Of a stretch of DNA of 53,533 nt, positions 42,687 through 53,533 are shown piece after piece (position 1 is the stretch's first letter; the number at the start of each line of letters is the position of its first letter). The position numbers and the translations under genes are program-made. This DNA comes from Vicugna vicugna (lineage: Eukaryota): assembly GCA_013265495.1 (NCBI GenBank), contig MU058815.1, positions 248,001 through 301,533 on the forward strand, in the 5' to 3' direction. Below the pieces are notes generated by a model. It saw nothing but the letters and a program-made list of their open reading frames with translations. It was not told where the DNA came from and did not search any database.

Positions 42687-43739
42687 AAGAGTCAAGGGAT
42701 GGAAAGCCTGGTCCCTCCCTGTGGGTTTCTCCCTGGCCACCGGCCAGGTGCCCTCAGGATGGGGGAATCAACAAGGGTGCAGGGAAGACACGCTGAGAAG
42801 GGGCTTAAGGCCATCACGTCTCGTCCGCAGCTTTCTCGTCTCAGCGGGCTTCCCATCTGAATTTTAGAGAATGTCCAGAAATGCAAACAGAAGTGGCTGG
42901 ACAATGGCATCCTTTGGGCTTCTGAATTTTAAGAAAACAAGTGGAGTAATTACTTCTCCGTTTCAAACGAAATTATGCTTCACCTTCACCTGGATTCGTC
43001 TGGGACCTCTGAAGAACGACAGAGCTGGAGAAAGTCTGCGAAGCTGGTCGTTCAGAGACCAAAGGAGACTGCCGAGACAGGAGCCGCCTGCTGTAAAACC
43101 CCTTAAAACACGCTCACCGAGTCGCAGAAGGTCGATGTTACAGAAACTCAGTTCTGGAAAGCTCCTCCCTTCCCGGGGCTGCCCGGCATTAGTTACCCAG
43201 AGGAAGGAGGAACATGCACACCCACAAGTTCACGGTCGAGGAAAGCGGGAGGGAGAAGTAACCACAGTAGTGGGTTAAAAAAAAGCAACAGGAAAGGAGA
43301 GGGAGATTGAGAGGAAACTGTAGAAGCAGCCATGGCGCTGCGATGGAAAGGGCTTCTCCACAAACGGCTGAGAGGATGCGGGTCTGCTCAGCACCTTCCC
43401 TCAACGGTACGTGCTACAGTTTGAAGAAAAGCTTAGACAAAGTCCTTGATACATACATATATATAACGAATAAGCTTTAAAGGAAAGTTGGCTCCTTTGA
43501 GGTTGAAAAGTAATCAGGGTCAAAATTCACGTGAAGTGTGAGAAGGTAACTTTTCCCCCAGTTTTTTGTTAAAAGCGGTTAAACCAGTTTCACAGTTGCT
43601 GGTTCTTAGCACGCCTGTAATAAACAGGCTTCCTGCCTGAGTGACGCAGAGGAAGAAACATCTTCAACAAAAACTGATACTAAACGCCGTAAGCTTCAGG
43701 TGACCTGCCGGTAATCTAACAAGACTTACCAAAATTCAA

Positions 43740-44400
43740 TATCCCTGTTCATCCAAAGACAGCACTAAGAAAATAAAAAAAGTCAAGCCACAGGATGGAA
43801 CAAAACATTTTGCATCTCTCTGGCAAAGGAATTATACACACAATATACAAAGAGCTCCCATAACTCAACAGGAAAACAAACAACACAGTAAAAATTGGAC
43901 AAAAGGCCAGATACGTCACAAAAAATGTGTCCTTAGAAGATGGTCCTGTTTTTAGTGATTGAGGAAACGTAATTAAAGCATCAGGAATCATCATGACACA
44001 GTGATGGAGAATGGCTACAATTAAGTGACTGACGACATCAGATGTTGGACGTGGAGCAGCTGGAACTCTCCCACGGTGCTGGGGGCAGTGTGCGACGGAA
44101 AGACCACTCTGGGAATGAGTTTGACAATTTCTTACAGTTTATACATCCATCTGACCGGGCAATCTCACACCTAAGATTTACCCGAGAAGAATGAAAACGC
44201 GTTCCCCCAAATAGCTGAGCACAAATGTCCACAGCAGCTTATTTATAACTGCCCCAAAGAGGAAGCCCAAATGCCCACTGACAGGTGAATGAACACACTG
44301 AAGTATCTTCACACAACAGAATATTTGTTATCAATTAAAAGGGCGAAACCACAGGCATCGTCTTTCAGATATTATATTTTGTGAAAGAAGCCAGACATAA
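43740..44400 (+). mobile_element. Old L1M ORF2 3' fragment
   Basis: aagccacaggatggaacaaaacatttgca...gagcagctggaactctc...cagcagcttatttataactgcccc...gaaagaagccagaca. Confidence 0.7.
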
Positions 44401-44401
44401 G

Positions 44402-44551
44402 CGTCTCCCAGGAGAACACAAGCAGCACGTGGCAGGAATTTTGGGGTGTTTGTCTGTTTCATTCATTGTTAAAGCCCTGACACCTTGAACAGAGCCGGAC
44501 ACATAATGGGCCCTCAAGATCTGTGTGTTAAATTAATAAATGAATGAATGA
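44402..44551 (+). mobile_element. L2 3' end
   Basis: gaacagagccggacacataatgggccctcaa...aataaatgaatgaatga terminal (TGAA)n. Confidence 0.65.
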
Positions 44552-45002
44552 TTTCCTTGAAAATCAGACATCATACTTTCTTTCTCTCTGCTTCTGAGAT
44601 GAAACACTCCTGGCATCCAATTATATTGATGTTCTCTGAGATGTGGCAAAAATGGGCACTTGGTCCATCTGAACACACCCAGCAGCAAAGCTCATGGCAT
44701 AAAAACTCAAGGCAGCAGAACCTTTCAGAAACGCTGGCTTTTGCAACGGCCACTTGTAAGGCTGGGATCACACGAGCTGCCCAGGGGCAGAGACACAGGG
44801 TCTCCAGCGTTAACAGTTCACTAGCAAGTAAACGCTGCCTCGTCTACCATGTTCGGGGGGGCAGTTCCTCTCACATCAACCCCGGAAGACTGGTGACCTT
44901 GGGTAAATCTGGAGGTCGGGGTGTGGAAAGCTCTCATCCATGCACGTTGGGGCGTAAGAGCCAACACATGGGCTCAAATTAGAACAAAAAGACGTAGTGG
45001 GC

Positions 45003-45046
45003 ACAACATTGTAAAATGATCATAAATCAATAAAAAAATGTTAAAA
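45003..45046 (+). mobile_element. Ultra-short L1 3' tail insertion
   Basis: acaacattgtaaaatgatcataaatcaataaaaaaatgttaaaa; 17-bp TSD with 2 mismatches (44986-45002 and 45047-45063). Confidence 0.8.
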
Positions 45047-46730
45047 AAAAAGCCGTAGAGGGCGCATGGAATGTGTTACTGCGTATTTCTCCTGCTTCCT
45101 CCTCAGCCTGATCAGGCTGCTGCCTTAGTGCATTTAACATCAGATGCTAACTGCTGGCCTTCTGTCCGAGTGAGTCGCCTTTTACCAGCTTGCTGGGAAG
45201 GCAGCCTGATTTCTCCTGAAGTCATTTTTAATTACTGGCTTCCCAGTTGGCAGTTTCAGTTTTGTTTTGTCTTTTTAAATAGTGCTATTTCCCTGTAATT
45301 AGAATAAAGTTTGCACCAGTCTTAGGATGACCCCCCCACCCCCTCCAGCAGCAATGGAAGGGGTTTGAGGCAGAAGGAGGCTGAGTTCCGTTGAGACACG
45401 CACCATGTGAGGTGCCCGTGAGTCATCCGCCCAGAGACGGGCTGAAACGCGGGGGCCTGGGGATGGGGAGATAAGGCAGACTTAGAAGCAGAGAATGCAG
45501 GGTCATGAGTATATGGGTGGGGAATGGCTGAAGCCTTGGAATTATCTGCAGCTTGTGAAGCCAGAAATAAGAGAGGCTCAGGACATGGCCTCAAGGCAGG
45601 TGATTTCCCAGAGGCCAATAATTAACATCACTTTCAACTGTCCAAAAAAAATCACACTTTCCTTTAAGCAGACGTTTTTGCTGAAGCACACGGTGCGTGT
45701 ACGCACTTGTGGGCCACCGGGGTGGCCCGAGCCAACACAGGAGACACGGAAGCCCCCATGCGCAGGCTTCAGGGAGCATCCCTCTGCCCTGTGGACCCAC
45801 CTCCCCAGTGGCCGCCCCACCAGGGGAGGTATGCATCCATCATCGTGAAAATAAACCACGTTTTAAAAAAGCAGATATAAATGAAACCCATACATGAAGT
45901 CTGAGACACATGCCTCCTGTTAATCCCCTCGCATTACCAAAACTGCCACCTGGGTAAGCTATAATAACCCTGTCTTTGAACTTCTCTCTGTGGAGAAACA
46001 GCCTGTTCTTAAAGCTTTTGTTCTGCATATACACACCCTCCTCGCCCCTCCCTTCAAATGGATAGAAGGGAAAACAATGTTTAAATGGTAATAAATCCCT
46101 GAACTTCTGAGGATCGCCACCCCCGCCTCCCTCAACACACACACAGTGATGACCACCACACTGCCGGGGGCCAGGTGTGTGGACACGTTGGGGCAGCGGG
46201 CAGGGGATGGAGCGTGAGCCCGGAGTGGGTGAGTCAGCCAGCCAACCCCGTTCAGGGTTCAAACCCATCAGCAGCGTGTCCGGCACTAACATGCCGGACA
46301 CGGGGATCAACCGGGGCTGTAGCATTATTCACTGTTTCAATTCTCCATCTGCAGGTACAGGAGACGCCACTAGACCAACAATGAAAGAGCTGTAACTGCT
46401 CTGCACTTTCTCAGGAAACAGCCCAAGAGAGGAGACACAGCACTGGATAAGCTGGTGATATTCCAGGGCCGACCTGTGGATGATTCTGTGTTAACCCTAA
46501 GCCTGATTTTCCCTTTCTTTGTTTTGGTTAACTTCCAAAGATATCGTAAAGGAGGTGGAGGTTAGTCAATTGAAACACAGTCACCGTCAATGTGGAGGAA
46601 AAATTATGGCCGCAGAAAGACAACTGTCAAGGGTCTGGTGCCTTAGACTACAAAGTAACCAAACAAAGACGATCAGCTGCCAACACAGAGTCAGTAGATC
46701 AATTCAGCAGCATATTAAAAGAATATCTCA

Positions 46731-47424
46731 TTCCTCAAAAGACTAAAAACAGACTTACCCTATGACCCAGCAATCCCACTTTTAGACATATATCCAGAAG
46801 GAACCCTAACTCAAAGAGACCCCTGCACCCCAATGTTCATAGCAGCACTATTTACAATAGCCAAGACACGGAAACAGCCTAAATGTCCATTGACAGATGA
46901 CTGGGTAAAGAAGTTGTGGCACATTTAGACAACGGAATACTACTCAGCTATAAAAAATGACAACATAATGCCATTCGCAGCAACATAGATGTCCCTGGAG
47001 AATGTCATTCCACACGAAATAATCCAGAAAGAGAAAGAAAAATACCATATGCCATGAGTATATGGGTGGGGAATATCATACGTGGAATCTAAAAAAAAAA
47101 AGACAAATGAACTAATATATAAAACAAAAACAGACTCACAGACATAGAACACAGACTTGTGGTTGCCAGGGGGAGGTGGGTAAGAAGGGATAAACTGAGA
47201 GTTTGAAATTTACAGTACAGNNNNNNNNNNNNNNNNNNNNNNNNNNNNNNNNNNNNNNNNNNNNNNNNNNNNNNNNNNNNNNNNNNNNNNNNNNNNNNNN
47301 NNNNNNNNNNNNNNNNNNNNNNNNNNNNNNNNNNNNNNNNNNNNNNNNNNNNNNNNNNNNNNNNNNNNNNNNNNNNNNNNNNNNNNNNNNNNNNNNNNAA
47401 AGGTAACTTTGACAAAAAAAAAAA
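46731..47424 (+). mobile_element. Young L1 3' end spanning the assembly gap, inserted in an older L1
   Basis: atgacccagcaatcccact...cagactcacagacatagaa; TSD aaaagaatatctca / aaaagactatctca at 46717-46730 and 47425-47438. Confidence 0.85.
47221..47398. other. Assembly gap (178 N)
   Basis: Run of N. Confidence 1.
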
Positions 47425-47677
47425 AAAAGACTATCTCACCCCGACTGAGCAGATATCAGTCTAGAACTATAAAGTTACTCAATGTTAGGAACTCTATTAT
47501 ACAAAATAATATTAATATGTTGAAAGAAAAGAAAAGCTACATGATCACCTTTATAACTGTAAAAAATCAAACTTCTATGCAATTCCAGCAAAAATATAAA
47601 CTGACAAAATTCATATGGGAGAGGAAAAGAGAAAAGTCAAGATAACTTGGAAAAAAATGGCATAGCAATAGAGTAGC

Positions 47678-48050
47678 TGTATCAGCCAGCTCAAGCTGCT
47701 GTAACAAACACCACAAACTAGGGGGGCTTAACCAACAGACATTGACTTCTCACAGTTCTGAAGACTGAGAAGTTCAACATCAAAGTGCCAACCCATTTAG
47801 TTCCTAGCTTTCAGATGGCCACCTTCTCGCTGTGTCCCCACGTGCCAGACAGAAGACACAGAGACTTCTACTGTCTCTTCCTCCTCTTACAAGGACACCA
47901 GGCCTATCAGATCAGGGCCCCACCCTTATGACCTCATTTAACCTTAATTACCTCCTTAAAGGCCCTATCTCTAACACAGTCAGGTGGAGGAGAGTTAAGG
48001 CTTCAAAATCTGAATTTGGGAAGGAGGGAGACACAATTAATACACAGCAA
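47678..48050 (-). mobile_element. MLT1 (MaLR) LTR
   Basis: gctgctgtaacaaacaccacaaact...ttctcacagttctg...aaggacacca...gggccccacccttatgacctcatttaaccttaattacctcc. Confidence 0.8.
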
Positions 48051-48439
48051 TAACAAAGTATTTCTCTACATATATAGCAAGATATACTATAAAGCTTACT
48101 GTTAGAATATTATGGTATTTATTCTGGGTACAGAAGCTACTAGAACAAAATAGAGAGCTTAGAAGCAGATCCACATGTATGGAAATTTCATAGATGACAG
48201 AAGTGACATTAAATTGGAATGATGACAGATGGGGCTACTCATTAGATGGTGCCAGGGCACTAGGCCATTGATACAGAAAAATATCACAGGAGAACCCTAG
48301 CTTATGCCAGCATGAAAATAAATTCAAGATGGCGTAAGAAGTATGTAAAAATTACATCCAGAATATATTTTAAAACTCTTGAAACTCAATCAGAAAAAGA
48401 TGAGTATCCTAATGAAAAATGCACAAAGTACAGTGGCTC

Positions 48440-48965
48440 AGTGAATAATGAGCTGTAGAGAGAGTTTTCTGCAAGTCTGCAGTCATCACATTTTCATCAA
48501 CCAATCAATACTTAACTTTGTCTCATGTGTGTTTCTGTCTAAAGACGTCTTACTTCACATGGGTTGATGACTCACTAGTAATGAGCTCATGGCCGGCAGC
48601 ACAGTAACTCATGCCTGAATGACGCTTAGCTAATGAATGTCTCCTGTAAGGCACATCCAGCCTTCCGGTGCTTAGAAACACAAGACAGCGCTTCAGCACT
48701 GTGCATGGGACCATTCTAAACAGCAGCGTCACCAACAAAGAGCACAAAGTGTAAGCAGACCAAGAAAAGGACTCATGCGCAGCAGGAGAGCTGGAACAAG
48801 ACGGCAGACCTCAGCTGGGAACGTGTGCACTGGGCAACTCAAAAACATTCACTGCTCTGCATGCATCCAGCAGTGACCAAGAAAGCATCCTGAGTACTGA
48901 TTTTGGAGCTACAAAGAAGTTTTAGCAAGTAAGAAAATATGCAAGTAGTAAACCTACAAATAAAT
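48440..48965 (-). mobile_element. MER82-like TcMar-Tigger DNA transposon relic
   Basis: acattttcatcaaccaatcaatac...aactcatgcctgaa...cttcagcact...aaacagc...caccaacaaagagcacaaa...cctcagctgggaacgtgtgc matches the recalled MER82 consensus in reverse. Confidence 0.7.
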
Positions 48966-49574
48966 ACAGCCTACATATGAACAAGCAATCCAGCGGTTAT
49001 TAACCAACATGGATTATGTCCAACTGCATTATTTACTGGTGAAATCTAATGTAAAATTAGTATAAATTACTATTAACACCCAAGGCGTTGGCAAAACTTT
49101 GAATTCTGAGTAATACCACGAGCTGGAAAATATGGAGAAATAAGAACTTGTGCTTTGCTGGTGGGATGTGAAGTCCTTTGTCACTTTGAAGGGCAATCTG
49201 GCCACACCTGGGAGAGGTGGGAGGTACACACCTGCAGTTTCACTCCCAGATGTCTACTGCTGGAGGACTCCTGCCCACAGGGACCAGGAGACTTGGACAG
49301 GTGCTCACATAAGATGGTCTGCATCAGTGAATACAACTAACCTTCACTGAGTAGACACGTGGATGATTAAAGTGAGACTGGCGCGCAGAATGGAATTTTG
49401 TTTATTTATTAAAATGAATTTAGCCTACGTGGATCAACCTGGACTTCTAGATTAGGAAACAATTCTCAGCCACCTCCAAAAAGTGAACTCAGATGCTATT
49501 TACATGAGACCTACATAAACCAGAACACAAAATGGTTGGGAAAGTGGGACAGGAATAGCAAAAGAGGTTCCCAG

Positions 49575-49826
49575 CAAATGTGGGAAGGGGCAGGCTGGGA
49601 GTCCGCAATCTGCAGATACTGACAGGTATATATAGAATAGATAAACAAGATTGTACTGTATAGCACAGGGAAATATATTCAAGATCTTGTGGTAGCTCAC
49701 AGAGAAAAAGAATGCGACAATGAATGCATGTATGTTCATGTATAACTGAAAAACTGTGCTCTACACTGGGAATTGACACAGCATTATAAACTGACTATAA
49801 CTCAATAAAATAAAATTTTAAAAAAA
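49575..49826 (+). mobile_element. Young L1 3'UTR fragment within older L1 sequence (old L1 pieces span ~47440-51780)
   Basis: gaatagataaacaagattgtactgtatagcacaggg...gaattgacacagcattataaactgactataactcaataaaa. Confidence 0.85.
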
Positions 49827-51640
49827 GAAAGTAGGTGGAGCAATATTATCACTAGGCAAAATCAAATTCAAGACGAAAAGCATTAAAGGAGTCTTAAAAA
49901 CAAAACAAAAACGACATAGCTTCAAAGTTGTAGGTATTTAAGAACATGCATAAAAATTTAAAAATAGAAAACTGATAGAAATTGGCCAATCCAGAAAGAG
50001 AATGGATGACTTTTACATATTTTCAGATATCTGTAACCAATGTGAACAAAAAACACAGACATTTTTAATGACACAATTAACATACGTGATTTAACATTTA
50101 AATTGAGATGTTGTATAAAGGCCACCATCAGAGCACTTATTTTTTGTAACAACAGGAAATATTCCCCCAAATGTACCATATCTAATTGGCCACAAAGAAA
50201 ATCTCAACCAATTACCAAATGTAAAACACATCCCAAATTCACTGACAACAATGCAACAAAAATCAGAAAATAACAAACAATAAAAGCTTATGTGCCTGGA
50301 GGGGGAAAAGATGCAGCCAAAATTGTATCCAGAGGTGACTTCATTGTCTTAAACGTATTTGTGTGAAAATTTAAGACGACTGATAAAAATTGCTTCTTCA
50401 AGAACCACTACGTACCCACCAGCACAGTGCAACCCAGAAAGACCAACCAGAACAAATGTCGATGAACAACACAGCACCCAGCACGCTGTCTGCCAGCGGG
50501 AGTAAAAGGTGGTACAACCCCCTTAGGACAAGGTCAGCACACACACAGCTGATAAGCTAGCACTTTGTCTCTAGGTATTTACTTAACAGAAACAAAAATG
50601 TATGTCCACGAAAGACTTGAATGAGACTCTCCAGAGCAGCTGGTTCATAACTGTCAAAAGACGCCATCTGCTTCGGTACCCCATCAGCAGGAAAGCAGAT
50701 ACAGCAACCGATCCGGTCACACAGTGGAACCCTACTGGGCAAGATGCGCGGACAGCACGGATGCCTCTGGAGAGCATTACGTCAAGCGAAGGAGGCCAGG
50801 CATAAATGGCCAGATGCTCTAGGACTCCATACCTATGGAGTTCTAAAACACTACGGAACACTAACCTGTGGCAGGAAAAAATCAGAACGGTGGTTGCCTG
50901 GGGAGGAGGGGAAGTGCCCAGGAAGCCTGATGGAAGTTTCCAGAGTGAGAGGAGCGTTCTGTCCCTAGAAAAGCATTTAGATGCCAGACGTTTTTGCGTT
51001 TGCTGGACTTCATTAGTGGAATACTTAAGATCTGTGCATTTCATTGTACGTAAGTTTTAACAGAAAGAAGAATAGTGAAGCACACAGACACTGAACTCTT
51101 GTTAATGATGTCCATAATATTTCCAGACGACGTCATGTCTCATAATGATACGCAGACTATGTCAGGGTTAGCGTGCCAACGCCTGCAACTTACTGTGAAA
51201 TGAATCAGAAAAATAAGATGGGCTGATGAACGGAGACGGATGGAAAGACAGAGGAGCGAAGTACAACGTAAAGGAAGAGTCTCGTGGGCAGGGATGCGGA
51301 CGGGACATCCACTCTAAAATTCTTTCTGCTCTTCCACGTGTTTGAAATTTTCATAATAAAATGTTAGGGGGAAAAAAGAATACCTTAAAACACAAGGAAA
51401 GTGGTCCTTGATAGGACAATTCGATTTAGGTATCAATTTTCACCAAATTTATCGGAAAATTCATTGTACTTCTTAGTCAAAACACCATCAGAATTTTTCA
51501 AGGGGATCAGTGTGCTCTTTAACAAGATACAATATGAATACCCGTATCATTACTGGTAATTACTGACAAATGACAGAAAAATTTTAATTTCTACATGATC
51601 AAGAAATAAGATATAATCATTAGAAAGTCATTAAGAAACA

Positions 51641-51699
51641 GAAATTGACACAACACTGTAAACTGACTATACTTCAGTAAAATAAAATAATTTTTGTAA
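51641..51699 (+). mobile_element. Ultra-short L1 3' tail insertion
   Basis: gaaattgacacaacactgtaaactgactatacttcagtaaaa; TSD aagaaaca at 51633-51640 and 51700-51707. Confidence 0.8.
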
Positions 51700-52329
51700 A
51701 AGAAACAAACAATGTAAGAGTCATGAGCAAAGACAATAAAATCCCAGCTGACAAAGAGGAACCATCAGTCAAGAAGCACCCATCACGGGGCAAACCCTTC
51801 TGGTGACGGGGAAGGAAGAGCAACGCCGATGGTAACAGTTTTCCGCCTTCAGAGCAGCAGAAATGACCAGATCTGGAGCTCATCTTGGAAGATAAGGAGA
51901 AACAGGTCCTCATGCCGTGGCAGGGAAGTGACCGGCGCGCACACCCCTGACAGGGGCGCATCCTGTATCCCTGTGTTCTATGCTTCAGAATCTCCCCTGG
52001 GGAAGCTGCTCACCGGTCTCGGGACACAAACAGGGTGGACGTGGGAAACAACAGAAATTCCACCAGACAGAGACTGAAAACACCCATCAGGGAAACTGAA
52101 AATACCCGGCAATCTGTTAGTTAAACATGTCAAACACAATAGAATTTATGTAAAAAAGCGAATAAAGGTGAGGCGCTGTGTCTCTCTGGGTGCACATGTG
52201 TAGAGAACAGCCCTGGCCCGGCACGCCCACGAGATGAGATGAGGGAGGCATCCCAGGGGCGCAGGTGGGTGAGTCTTCACTTTCCCGGGACTGCCCGAGT
52301 TATTTACAGGATTGCGTTGATTTGATCCG

Positions 52330-52560
52330 TAATTTAAAATGAGAAGAAAATAAATGTAAAAATATTTTAAAATTTTTATATAAAATTTAAGTCCGTAAAT
52401 ATATTTCACATTTATTCAACAAATTGCATTATAATTACATATAAATTATGTGCATGTTTTAAACATATGTTCATAGTATATAACATTTATATAAATAGAC
52501 TACGTAAGATATAAATATAAAGGGAAATTGAATAAGAATTCAACTTTCGAAATAACATAT
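52330..52560. repeat. AT-rich low-complexity tract
   Basis: Direct inspection. Confidence 0.8.
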
Positions 52561-53484
52561 CTTTTCCAAGGCTTCCTAGATGTGCCCATGATGCAAAATT
52601 TTCTTTCCTCACTCTATGAATGATTATTAAGGAGAAATGCTTTGGCACTACTGCTCAGCCCAGAATGTTCTAAAAAAAAAAATCTGTCTTCCGCGAGTGG
52701 CACCTGCTGTAATGAGCTAAGAGGGGTCCCTGGCCGCCCCTCACCCCAATGGCCAGTGTTTGCAAGGCGGCAGGGGGACACGAATAAGCGCTTGGCTAAC
52801 AGACACAGCGTCTGGGCAACTGCTCAGAACCCTCGGGGGTGAAGCCGCGGCTCTCCGATGTGCTTGCGCAGGGAACGAAGAATCCAAGAGCCGCTGCTAA
52901 GCTCAGGGACTGGGAAGAGTGATTCTCCTGCACATGGTGACGTGACGGGTGAGGTCCAGAGGAGAAAAGACCTGGCACCAGAAACAGCAATGAGAGGCCC
53001 GAGTTCACAGCCAGAACACAGCCATGGCTCAGTGAAGACCCAGGAACCAGGCTCTGAGCCTCAGTCTCCACGTCTCTGAAGTGGGTCTGAGACCCCGCCT
53101 ACGGTGGAGGGGGCCCCGAGGCCTGATGGGCACACATCTCATAGACCACAGCTGGCAGTGTGGTTACGGGTGGTGCTGCTCCCCGTTTCCAAATGTGCTT
53201 GGGACACCAGCGTCCTGGCGGGTCCCCGATCTGTGCGCTTCCACGGCCTCCAGCTGCCTGTAAGGTCGCGATCGCTGAAAGGAACTAAAGCAATGTTTGT
53301 TTTTACGACATTGGTTCCTAACAGTTTCCCAGCCAAAAGCAAGCACATTGCCATCCTTGTGTGAAGTCCAGCCAACTTCCAGCAAATTCACCAAACACAT
53401 GTGTTTGCCGGGTTAAAGTCTGGATTCTTACATAACGGAAGCCCACAGAGATGAGAAAATGGTTTGAGGAAAGCAGATACTTAC

Positions 53485-53515
53485 TGAAAGTTATGATTTG
53501 GGCTGTGTGTTGGAC
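53485..53515 (-). CDS. ROR2: ROR2 31-nt exon 4 (Ig-CRD linker)
   Basis: TTTTTCCTTTTAG|GTCCAACACACAGCCCAAATCATAACTTTCA|GTAAGT encodes (G)PTHSPNHNF(Q) and joins exon 5 in frame as CA|G GAT GAC TAC. Confidence 0.96.
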
Positions 53516-53533
53516 CTAAAAGGAAAAAAAAAA

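Noticed and set aside
45799..45830. Small inverted repeat acctcccc-a-gtgg...ccac-ca-ggggaggt
   Set aside because: Short GC-rich hairpin at chance level; too small for a pre-miRNA

Overview
Mammalian genomic DNA, most likely camelid, judged from tRNA-Ala-derived Vic-1-like SINEs and a recurring lineage-type L1 3' tail. The only protein-coding gene I can support is the 3' part of ROR2 (Wnt5a receptor tyrosine pseudokinase) on the minus strand. It has six coding exons at 53485-53515 (31 nt, missed by the ORF track), 39878-40005, 36068-36382, 34646-34891, 31205-31407 and 28420-29865. All have GT-AG boundaries and splice in frame: end of Ig linker, Frizzled CRD, kringle, TM, pseudokinase, Ser/Thr-Pro tail. 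A ~1 kb 3'UTR follows, with AATAAA at 27390-27395. The rest is intron and ~27 kb of downstream intergenic DNA full of L1, SINE, LTR, MER and MIR/L2 relics, plus a 178-N assembly gap. I see no evidence for a new multi-gene system. The most unusual things directly visible are: an L1 3'-transduction nested in an older L1 with a perfect 15-bp TSD (653-856); a 22-nt locally templated insertion inside an L1 (47053-47074, copied from 45504-45525); an inverted pair of same-family solo LTRs; strong CTCF motifs; and GC-shifted substitutions in the ROR2 activation loop. Repeat family names and human comparisons are from recall, not from a database search.
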